A stretch of 62,794 nt of DNA, filler included, from Choristocarpus tenellus KU-1152 (taxonomy: Eukaryota; Protista; Phaeophyceae), in NCBI GenBank assembly GCA_964200185.2. It is 9 parts of 9 records of this genome, joined end to end, with 100 filler letters (N's around TTAATTAATTAA, not from the genome) between each part and the next. Parts side by side here need not be neighbours in the genome. Positions count along the whole stretch, not along the records: positions 1 to 14,729 come from CAXNAD020001125.1; positions 14,830 to 22,594 come from CAXNAD020005617.1; positions 22,695 to 29,853 come from CAXNAD020006601.1; 6 more parts are not named here. One strand, given 5' to 3'. The notes beneath the pieces were generated by a model. It had not been told where the DNA came from, did not search any database, and worked only from the letters and a program-made list of their open reading frames with translations. Both the position numbers and the translations under genes were made by a program. Below, piece after piece: positions 12,370-24,420 of the stretch (position 1 is its first letter; every line of letters starts with the position of its first letter).

Positions 12370-13482
12370 GTTTGTACATCTCTTCCTGACTGGTCGATTA
12401 TCTCATTGGTTATCACAATTCAGTTCACTACGTGATTCAATTGCGGTTGAATAGCTGATTTGGGACACTGTGGTCAAACCGTGTCTTGAGGTGGCGAAGG
12501 GTGCATATGATGCATCAAATCCAAACTATGGGTACGGCTGATCGGGAGGACTTCCAATCGCTCCTCGTCTCCTTGAGCCCTGGCAACAACACGGGAGGAC
12601 TCCTTCACACAGTTCTTCAGGATAGAGCAAGCACGTACTTCTCCACCCTTGCTGCATGTACTTATTCCTCTGCCCTCCTCCCAGCCAGATGTGAAGGAAT
12701 ATTGTGCTGGGATCTGCGCAAGGTTCCTCCATCGGATGTGCAGCTCGCCCAGTATGGTCGTTGAAATTGCGCAAAGTACTGGAAGTGATCATCCCGAGTA
12801 GTGATGGCGTAGGACCTAGGTGCAGGGGTGGTTACGTGCAAGGTGGTACTCTTCCTGTTTTTATATGTGGTGGCTCTTCCCCGGTCTTCTGGGCTACCTT
12901 CTCACTTGCCTAGGTGAGACTTGTTGAAGTACTCCACACTGGAACAGCGGTTAAGATGATCAACGGTGTACCTTGGTAGAGGACAATTTGTGGTCGAATG
13001 TGAACATAAAATATTAGTGTTACAAGGGGCTTATGCTCTACATGCCATTGACTCAACTCATGGGGCTCAAATCTGGTGGCACCCATTACTTTCCTTCAGT
13101 CTGGGGTTTGCAATTGTGCACACACCAGCTTACTATGAATCACTCACGTAATTTGTCTTCAGCATCACAAACATATCCGAGCTAAACAAATCGAGAGGTA
13201 GGCGTGGTTGCATTTGAAGGATCCCGAGAATGGTCAAGTGACACGATTTTGTACAACTGTAGAAAGCGTCTTTGCCTATTTGTGGTGTCGCTCTGTGCGT
13301 GGAAAAGGAGAATCAACCATTTGGCTTACACCATTGTGAACATAAAGCAATGGAATAGAGTGTATTGCACAGGGTAAGGGTGACTCCTTGGAATGCAAAA
13401 GGGTTAAACATGACTACCTCTCAATTGGTTTGACTCAATCTACAACATAGCACTAATGACAGGACACCAATCCATCACTGGG

Positions 13483-13667
13483 GACCCAAAGTATCTGAAG
13501 GGTGGGGGGGGGGGTCTTCAACAAAGTGTCGATTTGGACCAACACCTGGAAAAGTGCACTTTCATTATCCATCCAACGTATGGAATGAAATCACCGAAAA
13601 ATCGCGACATTAAAATTTTAGCTCCAAATGGACAGCCACCACCCCCCCTCCCCAGGTACTTTGAGCC
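13483..13667 (-). mobile_element. MITE family B copy
   Basis: gacccaaagtatctg ... caggtactttgagcc; tggg duplication. Confidence 0.88.
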
Positions 13668-14729
13668 TGGGTCTGTATCACATTACCTACTCCATCAGTG
13701 GTATCTATAGCGTACCAACAGCACTACCCTCGAGCATGACTCAGAAATAATGTGTTGTACTCCTGAGTATATGTACCCGTATGCGTCACCTGTTGTTAGA
13801 TGTGGGTGTTCTGGCTACTTTCCATGAGTGAATGCTAGTTGGTGTAGTGTAGTGAATGGGGTGGTATTGGTGAAGGGTATATTCGAGAGGATTCGCAGGG
13901 GTAGCGTGTGAGGTTAACCGGCTTGGTGTGTCCCAGTATATCGATATGTGTGGCCTGTTTTGAGTCTCTGTTGCGAGGAACGTGGATGGACGCGTAAACA
14001 GCTGAAAGTGTGTGTCTTCTCGACGGTTTTCCTCAGTAAATGTGAATGTATCTGATGCAGAACGTGAGGTGTTTTATCCATCACTGACCCTCCTGCTTGG
14101 ATATATATTTATGTACATTTCATCTTCACATGTTCCAACTTACTACTCTGCCTTTAGAGGCAGGTCCAATTCGGGGTTGCCACCATTTTGTCGTTCGAGG
14201 AAGCTGGTGGTGTAGCGTCTTGTTCGTTGTATTCTTCACATGTCGGGCGTTCAATACTGTATATTGGACATTATTGGCGAGTAGGGTAGGTTAAGGTTAC
14301 ACTGCTTTGTTGTGGCGTTGGATGGTGTCGTGTGGTTTCCTTGCGGGCGTATGTTTGTAATTGTAAGGGTCTCTCTGTCCAAACGCTATTCGAACATGCA
14401 TATTGCTTTATTGATTGTAGACAAATGATACTGCAATATTCTCCATATTTTCGCAGATCTTTCATTGATGCCGTGGTAGCAAAATAATCTACGATGACAC
14501 GAAATCTGCATTCACATTGATCACAAATATTATACGAGTGGTGGGATCCGATTTTTTGTCCTCTCTTAGAATATATCTTAGGTGATAAGAAGTATACAGA
14601 AACGCAGGAACCATAATATATCATTCTTGTCTATCCAATGAAACACGCTTATTTTTGCTAGTAGATATGTGAGATCAGGCACGTACGAAAAATATGATAA
14701 TATTCAAAATGATTCGGTTGGTTGAGATA

Positions 14730-14829
14730 NNNNNNNNNNNNNNNNNNNNNNNNNNNNNNNNNNNNNNNNNNNNTTAATTAATTAANNNNNNNNNNNNNNN
14801 NNNNNNNNNNNNNNNNNNNNNNNNNNNNN
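14730..14829. other. Artificial contig linker N44-TTAATTAATTAA-N44
   Basis: Identical 100-nt linker (stop codons in all six frames) also at 22595, 29854, 33438, 36565, 49216, 54402 and 58542. Confidence 0.97.
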
Positions 14830-15144
14830 GGGGAGGGGGGGGGAAGGGGGGGGGTGGGGAGGGGGGGGGAATCACGCATGCACCATGGATACATTAGAGA
14901 CAAAACTCCCCAATAGATGGAGAAGGAAACATCGCAGGAAAGATACAATGTGCACATGCCCAATACTACAATTATGTATGTATGTATATACTCTGGTGAA
15001 AATGGGGGGGGGAAGTTTTGCCGAATGTTTTTTTTTTCTCAAATCAGATCAATTTTTGTTTTTCTTTTTTTTGCAAGCTGCGTTTGTCACGACACGCAGC
15101 AGGGGAGCAGTCACTCCGTCCGACCTTGAAGGTGATTTGGAAGG

Positions 15145-15495
15145 TTTGAGTTTTATGGTCCCCCTTTCATCGGCCTCGCGTCAATTCCGGTGACCTCCAA
15201 CTGGGAACTAAGACGACGAATTCGACCCGTGCCGCCCACCATTTTCTACCAGGAGTCGTATGAAGAAGTCCTCGATATTCTGACAGACACTGTGTGGGAC
15301 GCAGAGCTGGACTTGGCCAAGCAGGCCAGGGCCTCCTTGGCGAAGGTTGTCAAGATTGACTTGCCTTCCGTCAAGGACAAGACCGCGGGCAGTACCCTTA
15401 CAAGAAAAGGGGACGGTGGAAGCGTTGATACACAGAGGGGAAAAGCCGACGACATGGAGTCCTATGAGTCTCTTGTGCGTGATGTGGGGTACTGA
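15145..15495 (+). CDS. Probable terminal exon of an unknown gene
   Basis: Open frame FEFYGPPFIGLASIPVTSNWELRRR...VLDILTDTVWDAELDLAKQARASLAKVVKIDLP...DVGY*, GC-rich and protein-like; 5' boundary uncertain. Confidence 0.4.
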   Translation, partial: FEFYGPPFIGLASIPVTSNWELRRRIRPVPPTIFYQESYEEVLDILTDTVWDAELDLAKQARASLAKVVKIDLPSVKDKTAGSTLTRKGDGGSVDTQRGKADDMESYESLVRDVGY

Positions 15496-16170
15496 GTTGC
15501 TGGTTGGTGTATGTTGTACAGCACTAAAGGAGTTTGGGGTGGCATGATTGATTGGGTGCTACAATATGCCATTCGAGTGTGTTATCGCTTTTCAGACGCG
15601 AATACTTGGTGACTGAGAGTGCTTCATTGAATTAATAATAATAGGAAGGCGTGTTTTTTGGTACTGCCGCTCGATGCGAGTGCGTTCCTGCTGCTGGGCG
15701 CGTTTGTTGTGCTTGTCGCGTGAGGAGGTCGTGAAGCTGGAGAGTGAAAGGGGACAAGATAAGGGAGTATCGATGGTAGAGCGCATCATGTGTAGGCTCT
15801 AGGGTAAAAATGATGATGTGAAAAAAGTCTCTCCCACGCAGTGTCCCCCCGAAATGTTGAGTCAAATTTTTAGAGGATGAATCGCCAACAATATACGTAG
15901 TGTTGTATTTTTTTTCTGTTCTGAGGTATACAGGTTACAAGTATCAAGTATCAAGAGTCAGTTGCTTTTTTCTTCCTGTACTTTTTTTTTTTTGGGGGGG
16001 GGGAGTGGAAGCATGGAATGATGCCATCCGTCGTTCATTCCTCCTGTAATTTTCATGAGCAAATGCGAAACAAGATTGGGACAAGTTCCAAGGCTGATTC
16101 CTTCCGGGCTAGTAGTAGTACTGCTAGTAGTGCTTGAGTCACCACTGTTGCATTCTCTCACCCAATCGGT

Positions 16171-16418
16171 AGAATGGGCCCCATTACAACGTTGGGACGA
16201 CCAGAGCCGTCCTCCCCACCTTACCCTAATCGCCCCTCACCTTCTACCCTAACCTATGCAGTGGTCAAGTACTTGGTGGTACCATGCAGTAAAATCAATA
16301 GAATGGGCCCCATTATGATGTTGGGATGACCAGAGCCGTCCTCCCCACCTTACCTTAATCGTCTCTCACCTTCTACCCTAAGAGCTATTGCAGTGGTTAA
16401 GTACTTGGTGGTACCATG
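16171..16418. repeat. Tandem duplication, two ~129-bp units
   Basis: agaatgggccccatta...gaccagagccgtcctccccaccttacc...aagtacttggtggtaccatg at 16171 and 16300. Confidence 0.9.
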
Positions 16419-16913
16419 TGGTACATTGAGGTACGCTACTTCTAGCAGTCGTTTTTTTTTCCTCATTCTGGTTGAGTGTTTCCATCTTAAGAGTGAGTGA
16501 CCTGCCTTGATACTGTGATCGTACTTGGATTGATACTATAATGATACTTCATTTGCATTATATTGGGCACAATTTGCGCAGTAAGTAGTTTACCAGTGAG
16601 TAGCATTGACCCAGAGGGCAACAATGCGTGGTTCTTTCACAAATCAATAATTCGGTATTACTATTCCCAGGTCCCTGCTTTTCCCTTGCCCGAAGGGGCA
16701 GCGTCATTTGACAATTGGCGCATGTTTGTTTTCATCATTTTTTGCAATCTTTAAAGTGCTACGTACTTCTCCACCAACATGTTTCGTCCTGAGTTTCAAA
16801 GGGCGTGTAATAGTAGGAGTATATCTTCAATAGGCATGTCATGTCTTGTCCCTCTTATAAAATAGGCAAATTCCGTCTATAGAGCACCAATAATTCATAC
16901 TCATAATGTGAGA

Positions 16914-17132
16914 GAGTGAAAGTATCTTAGAGGGTACGAGTTTTGCCCTGTTTATCCATTTGGGGCTTGGCCTCCCTTGGAGTTTTTACGACATTTCCCT
17001 ACTCCATAATATTTCAGGGTAGGTAAAATGTAAACGATATGAAAAGGTGGGCCAGGAACAAGGATATTGACACTTCCTAACAAACATGATAGCCAAAATT
17101 ACATCAGAATCGTAACATTGGATTTTGGCCCT
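16914..17132 (-). mobile_element. MITE family A copy, truncated at one end
   Basis: Starts gagtgaaagtatcttagagggtacgag; similarity stops after ggattttggccc. Confidence 0.85.
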
Positions 17133-17454
17133 TTGATGAAGGACAATGAACAGCTTAATGTAGATGAGCAAAGTTAATATTACAACAGGGCTTATGGTCT
17201 CAATTCCACTATGTGGGTAAGACTTTAGCCTAGACTACCATTATTATTTCTTTAGTGTGGGGTTTGTAATCGTCCACACTAATTTACTATGAATAACTTA
17301 TTTACTTGTAAGTATGGAAAGTGTATCTTGAACGTGATAAAAAAATAAATCAACATTATGAGTCAGTACATATAATATATCACTGGCTCTCCATTCAATA
17401 ATCTAATCCACCGGTGGTGTCTATGTGTATCAGCACACTATCTACGAACAGTTC

Positions 17455-18905
17455 CATCATCTGAAGGAGTACGACAGCTAGACCAAATGGGTTGAATGCA
17501 TGGACCTTGTAGGACGTCACAAGGGACGATGTGGCTGCTGTACAAGTATCCTACATATTTGGTATGTCACATCGGTACACCACACATTCTTCTGCAAATG
17601 GGTGGTCCAAGCCGGGATCTCCCTTACCTTGTGTTATATGTGCAAGCGCGAGAAGGTGAAGAAGGTCAAGCAGTGGATCAAGCCAGTCCTCTCAGAACAG
17701 CAGAAAGTCAACAGGATGGGTTTCATCACCCACACACACAGGAGAGGAGGAAGTGGAGAATTAGTGGATGATCTGTATGACTGGGTGCATGTGGACAAGA
17801 AGTGGTTTTATATCCTCAAAGATGGGCAAGTATGTACCTGCACCCACTGAGGGTCCCCCCAACCCCCCACTGGCACAGAATAACCGTTTATATTAGCAAG
17901 ATAATCCTCCTTGCAGCTGTGGCCCGCCCTAGGAAGCTCTCCAATGGGATGTGGTTCATTGGGAAAATTGGGATCTGGTCAACCATGGACACTATGATCG
18001 CTCAGCACTCCAATAAACACTGCCTCAAGGGCACTGAGGTGCTGGCTCAAAGTATCTGGGGAGGGATGGCGACTCTCCATTTGGGGCCCATTTTTCCAAG
18101 TCGCAATTTTTTGGTGATCTAGTTGTATGTGTTGGATGGATACTGTAAGTGCACTTTTCCTGGTCAGGGCCCAAATGAACACCCTGGTGTAGATAGACCC
18201 CACCCCCCCCTCCAGATACTTTGAACCGCTTGTGCCAGCCACAGTGGACGAGGAGAGGTATAAGAAGCTCATGATCCATAATTTCATCCCGCAATCAAGG
18301 CCTGCATGCCTAGGCCAGAAGCACACGCCATCTTCGTGCCACAGGATGGGGGAAAGCCACACAGCATGGGGGGATTATGGAGGTAATTAAGGGGGCAGCA
18401 AAATACGACATTATCATAGAGATCCAGTCAGCCAACTCACCTGACCTCAACGTCAACAACCTGTAATTCTTTCATTCCATCCAGCAACTGAAGGAAGACG
18501 TGGGGGTGACCAACACAGAGGAGCTGATGGAGGCCACAATGGAGGCGTTTGATGTGTACCCCCAGGAGACACTAGAGTGCATCTGGCAGAGTCTCTTTGC
18601 TGGGATCCAAGGATGACAGCGTCTTTGAAAAAAACATCTTAGCAAGGAAGAGACTGAGAAGGCGGGCAAGCTCCACCCCAAATGCCCCAGAGGATGCAGC
18701 GAAATACCGTGGTGGAATGGAGTATTGGAGGTCTTTAGGGGCAGAATCATAGATGGGTGTAGGCTGCTCCATTTTGCTTGAGATTTTGGTGGGCAACCGT
18801 TTAGTGTCTACACAATGCATCCATAAAGTACGAAATGTGAAAAAAAGGTTACCTCTTCATTGGGTCTGAAAAAGTGATGTTACAGTTTATTCTGGACATA
18901 GGAAG
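17455..18905 (+). mobile_element. Degenerate mariner transposon, same family as 7042-9268, 5' truncated
   Basis: DLYDWVHVDKKWFYILKDG, ILLAAVARPRKLSNGMWFIGKIGIW, QDG and QSANSPDLNVN motifs; right TIR-like tgttacagtttattctggacataggaag; frameshifted. Confidence 0.85.
18044..18227 (+). mobile_element. MITE family B copy nested in mariner transposase
   Basis: Interrupts the G.EVLVPATVD coding sequence; gct TSD. Confidence 0.9.
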
Positions 18906-19690
18906 TGCAATAAGTAGTGCTGGTTGTCTTGTCATCGGACCCTTGTTAAAGGAAATTCAGTGTGTTATATCTCCACCCTGGTAATATTTATCTTCGAAAA
19001 ATCAATAGGCAAGCATTAAAACTAAGCATGCACTTCTTAGCAGTATGGTTTATTTTGGATTACTCCATATTAGGTTATGCGCTGAACAAATGATCAGCAG
19101 GGAACAGCAAACTAAAGACAAAGTGGAGTATTCCCTCAACTCTACAAGACGTAGCAGCAGCAGCAGCAGTAGTCATAGAATGGGGGATCTTATTTCGTGG
19201 TGAGGTAGGTCTAGATCTAAAATACGCACAATTTTCTACCATCACGCTCAATCAAGAGGGTAGGCTTTGTGTGTGCGTTACTTAAGGTGCGTATCGGGTT
19301 TCAACTACAGACAGCGCTGATTACACACACACACACACAGTCCAACGCCACCCATAGCCAAAGGCAGATAGACAAAACAGTTTTCGTACTACAGTCAAGC
19401 TTCAAGGTTGCAGCGTATTTTTATGCGTCACTTCAAGGAGGTGGTGTATGTGTATAACAAGTATATCTCTACTACATGCCATTCGTTCATCTGTCACAGT
19501 TCCCAATCGACCATGCAAAATAACTTACCGACCACATTATGTCATATATTTTATTGTAGGGATATTCTCAAGCTGCACAGGCTCTTCTCTGTGTGAGTGC
19601 ATCAAGAGAATATATATATGGCCGACTTGTTGTTTGTTCCATTAATTAATTGCACCGTAGCATTCGTACTGATTTATCTTCTAGTCGTTA

Positions 19691-19970
19691 GACCCAAAGT
19701 ATCTGGGGGGGGGGGGGGGGGGCGAACCCGGAGGGCCTACTGTGANNNNNNNNNNTTTTGTTTGTTTTTTGTTTTTTTTTTTGGGGCGAGCTGTGGAGGG
19801 GTGGGGGGGGGAGACGGCGGGTCTACACCAGGGAGTCCATTTGGGCCAAAATAAGGAAAAGTGCATTTACATTATCCATCCGACTTATGCAACCAAATCA
19901 CCAAAAAATCGGGACATGAAAAAATTGACCTCAAATGGACAGCCGCCACCCCCCCCAGATACGTTGACCC
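19691..19970 (-). mobile_element. MITE family B copy (spans a small N gap)
   Basis: gacccaaagtatctggggg ... ccagatacgttgaccc; tta on both sides. Confidence 0.75.
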
Positions 19971-20089
19971 TTATTATCATGATTGAAGCACTTCGTTGTT
20001 TTTGATCGTATCAACTTCTTCTATTACTTCGACTTGTTGGTAGTTATTTGTAGTACGATCAACTAGGTACGGATATTATGTCGAAACCA

Positions 20090-20645
20090 GACATGCCCGT
20101 ACCTGCCCCAAGGCAGGAGGCCAGGTGCGACAACACATCCCTATGGCGAAACGCCTCAGCCAACTACGCAAGGGGATGGGCAACCCTTACACTACGGAGG
20201 ATGGTAGCCCCTTCACAGTCGACAGGAATTTCCGCATGGATCTAGTCTTTCATGCAGGGGCATTCACACACGCAGGATCCTACCAGGACAAAGGCATTCT
20301 ACTCAATGTTACGTTCGCGGAAGTACAGGCAACCTCCCACCTCCCACACTCATCCACCAGCAATGGCGTAGCTGCTGCTGCAGCTGAGGTGCGAAAGTGC
20401 ACCCACTACGAGGACTCTTTGACCCTCGTAGTTATAACCTCAAATACCTTCACGGTGGAAAGTTATGGGCGCCTCAGCAAGGAAGCAGAACGTTTCCTGG
20501 GTGAGCTAGCTACACGCGCGGTAGGGGGGAGAGGAACGGGAGGTTACAGCAGAAAAGGTGCCATCAAATCCCGCCTAAGCTAGATAGTCTCAGTCACAAC
20601 GCAAGTAGTCCTATTTAAACGGGTCATGCACTTTAAGCTGGAGTA
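20090..20645 (+). mobile_element. 3' fragment of RLE-type non-LTR retrotransposon (CRE/NeSL-like restriction-like endonuclease)
   Basis: HARTCPKAGGQVRQH knuckle remnant, then RMDLVF, LNVT, AAAAAEVRKCTHY and FTVESYGRLSKEAERFLGELA, matching the R.D..D.T..E..K..Y..vE..G RLE pattern; stop at 20581. Confidence 0.75.
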
Positions 20646-22528
20646 ACCAGGAAGATGGGCAAAGAGGGGTTTATTAGATTCGTGGGATTCTTCCCTACCT
20701 CCTCACCCTGGGGTACAAGAACAGGTTTGGGACACAGGAAGGCAGTAGTACAACATAGATATTTAGTAGTAAAATAAGAAATAGATTTAACATTTTTCAC
20801 TTTTGTGATAACTGTTACTTCTTTAGGGTTTTTTCAGATATGTGAATAGTTTTCATTAGTTTTTCTTCGCTGACACATCTCCAAAATGTCAGAGTGCATA
20901 ATAATATAATATTACGTGAAGTTCTTGGAACCTACAATACAGTAAATATCCGTTTCTGTCGGAGATGATAGATGTACATGTCAATTTCATGCGTATGTCC
21001 AAGACATGGCAAAGTGTGGAGCTGCCAAAATTATGCATCGCGGATTGATTCATTCCAAGGTGGTAAAAGGTGTTGCAAGCTACTACTTAGAAGTATTTAT
21101 TCCTGAGTAATTGACTGCATAAAGCACTACACACGGAGGACTTGGGGAATAATTGGATGCCATGTACCGTGTATGTTTCATGTACTTTCTCTCTCGATCT
21201 TTCTGTCCCCCTCTCTTAGCCTAAACAAAAGTAAAGCATAAGACTTGATTGAACCAACAGCACCTTCGCCTGAGAAAAATTGATACTTTTTGTATCATTT
21301 CAAACTGCAATAGTTACGGGGAAGTTTAATGGGGTCTTTTCACCATGTAATACTGGAGTGCACAAAATATTTCGTGCTGTTCCCAACCTCGAACAGAAAG
21401 TTAAACGACTTTTTTGTTTGCCTGTGCATTGTCCTTCTATACCTTATCAACTAACACTACCCTCGGCCTGTTCTGGCCAGGCTTGGTAGTGCCCAGGATT
21501 GAAACACACTCAAGAGCGATGGGGGTATGTCTATCTCCAGGATGATGAAACTTAGGTCACGTGGCAAGTGTATACAAACACTTTGTGATTGGATCAATTG
21601 TTGTGCACGTCGGAACTGAGATGACGGTTTCGGAATGTGGGTACCGTTTCACCCAAGGACATGAGAGTGCTTGGTTGGGATGTACAACCTACGTAGCATG
21701 GTTATCTCAACACGGCATCATGCATGTGCGTGGTGCCCGCGTCACCACTTGGATCCTTGTGTTTGTTTAACTACTACTATTCTATTCTGGAGTACCACCA
21801 CTACTACTACTGCAGTCAAATGATCGGATGATTAATTTTGGATCCTAGCGATCGTTTCATAGATAACTTAGTAATCACTACCTTCCTTCAGATGCTTGCT
21901 GGTGGAGTTACGCGCCTGCTTTTCCAGTATTCACAGTACTATTGCACTTCCAGGAAAAATTGAATATTAAGCTCTGATGATGTGACGGTCCTATTCAATC
22001 ACGAATTGTCACGCATGATGCCCTGTATTGCCTTTAAGTAATTCCTCCCTGAAATGGAGTAAGAGAAGTAGAAGAAGAAAAGGCTTCCTCTCTTGTAGTA
22101 TTAACAGTTTCAGATCCTACCAAACGTTTCAGTGATGAAACGTCCAGGAAGATGTTGTGGATCTGTACGAGTGGTTCATCTTTTTTATTGAGTTATGAAT
22201 ACCGTCTTTAATTTCTCGGTACCACCTCGCAGATAAGACAACGAGAAAGAGGTAGGCACCTGGATGACTGTTTCAGATAAAGCGGCAAGAATATGTCAGT
22301 TGGACTTCTCATTTTTATGCATTGTATGTTGCTGTATTTTTGCGTATGGTCATTCAGTGTACTTCGACCTTGGACATGTCTTGGATGCGCTTAATGGGAG
22401 CAGGGCGTCTACCTGTAGTAACTGGAGAGGTAAAGTAGCCACGGGCCTAATGCTCATATGCTGGAATTGCGGAAAAGAGCATAATATGTCGCTGTGCAGT
22501 CGTTTCGTTTGTCCTTTTGGGTGCTGAC

Positions 22529-22594
22529 GAGTCAAAGTATCTGGGGGGGGGGGTGCCGGCGTCCGTTTTTGACCCTTTTTTCGATTTTCACTTT
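22529..22594 (+). mobile_element. MITE-B-like terminus at contig end
   Basis: gagtcaaagtatctggggggg then gtccgtttttgacc. Confidence 0.6.
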
Positions 22595-23525
22595 NNNNNN
22601 NNNNNNNNNNNNNNNNNNNNNNNNNNNNNNNNNNNNNNTTAATTAATTAANNNNNNNNNNNNNNNNNNNNNNNNNNNNNNNNNNNNNNNNNNNNTGCCCC
22701 TCTTTTGTGAGTGTTTAGTGCCTGCTATCCCTCCCCCCTTCCCCCCCTCCTACCCACACATCTCATTTGTGGGTATCTTGGTCAAAGGTGATGTTGGGTC
22801 AGGAGTCTTCTACGGTCAAGTTCTTGTCCATCATCTGGAGTGTCTTTGCTTGTTTGTCTGTCAAGTAGGATGGTAAGAGTAATAGTGATGAATGTGATAG
22901 GTTTTTAATACGTATTTGGTCTAGTTGTTTCTTTTTCAAGTTGAAGAGCTCTGTTGAACGGTCCTGGAAATTTTGTTGGAATGTTCTTTTCTTTGGTGTC
23001 TTGCTTGGCCTTAGCAAGGTTTTGGTGTTTTTGGTGCTTGCAGTGCAGGCAAGGTGGGAGGTTCGATTCCAGTGTGGAAATGCTATTCGGAGGCAGTAGT
23101 ACATTTGGGTACATGGGACTATTTGTTTGATTGATCGGGTGTTGTGTTTGGAAGAGGGCAATGCGAGTTTTATTTCAAGGAACTACTCAACCTAAGAACC
23201 TGAAGGCCATAGAATGTCTTAGAGCGAGATTAAGTTGAGATAATTGACATTGCAAGACCATCAAATACAGTGCTAGCATGCCCAAATTAACAACCTGATT
23301 AGGTATTTTGGAGAATGGCCTCTCTTTCCCCCCCCTAAGCAACCCCCCTCATCTCCCTCCTTTGGCATTTGTATGTCTAGTTATGCCTTGTCCCAATGCT
23401 TTTCCCCCCCTATTTTTCACAGGAAATGTGTATGTGATGGCTCTTCAAGACATAGTCACTAATTCAAAATAGGTCATTCATGCCACCTGTAGCATATTAC
23501 TCTTTTTATTTTGATGCCTCTATCT

Positions 23526-23785
23526 GAGCGAAAGTATCTTAAAGGGTACGAGTTTTGCCCTGTTCATCCATTTGAGGTTTGACTTCCCAAGTATTTTTTT
23601 TAGGGCATCTTAACTACTGCGAAATGTTCCGGAGTGGGTAAAATGTACACATTATGAAAATGGGTGTCCAGAACAATGGTATTGACACTCTCCAGCAAAA
23701 CAATAATCGAAATTTCATTGAAATCACCACATTGGATTTAGGTCCCCAAATGGACGCGGCTCTACTCTCTAAGATACTTTGACTC
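23526..23785 (-). mobile_element. MITE family A copy
   Basis: Both TIRs; tct TSD. Confidence 0.9.
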
Positions 23786-24092
23786 TCTTACAAATGGCCC
23801 TGTGTCGCTCCCCCTCCTCCCTTGCCTTTGGTGTTTTCTATTACCTATCTTGTACAAACTTTATCCTGCTTTGTGCACCCCGCTTGGCAATTGGATCTGA
23901 TGATGTTTTATCTCCCTGCATTTTACTAAAATGTATATACCTACGGCACTACAACTTACAGATATCTTGACAAAATTATTACACAAGAAGCAGGTAGAAG
24001 ACTTTGTAGACACTGTGTTGACAAGATTAATGTTGCGTGTGAGTGAGAGAGTTAAAGCAAGATGTGTTCTTTTACCTCCACTCTCATATGGG

Positions 24093-24420
24093 AGTGGGCA
24101 AAATAGGACAATAGTGAGGTGTACCTTATTTTTTGCATGATAGATGATTTCGTTGAATTGAGTCCACATGATATCACGAAGAGGTAATACATCCGAACTA
24201 TCTATGGAACTCGATATTATAGTTAAACTGCTCTAACGCAAATGATGATAAAGAAACAAGCAATAGAAGACACCCCATAAAGGTCACTCTTCTAATTTCA
24301 TCCATTATATTCACGTTCAGCGAAGGGGGTCGTGTGAAGCTCCACACCTTCTTGTCTTCGCTACTGATAAATAGCACTACCTTCCAAGGTAAATTGCACA
24401 GTTTTGGCACTGCATCGGCC
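24093..24420 (+). repeat. Interspersed repeat family C (unclassified)
   Basis: gcaaaataggacaatagtgaggtgtaccttattttt...aagcaatagaagacacc...aaaggtcactctt also occurs at 61337 (+) and 35648-35953 (-). Confidence 0.8.

Noticed and set aside
14774-14785. Recurrent TTAATTAATTAA as a biological motif
   Set aside because: Always centred in exactly 44+44 Ns; an artificial six-frame stop linker.
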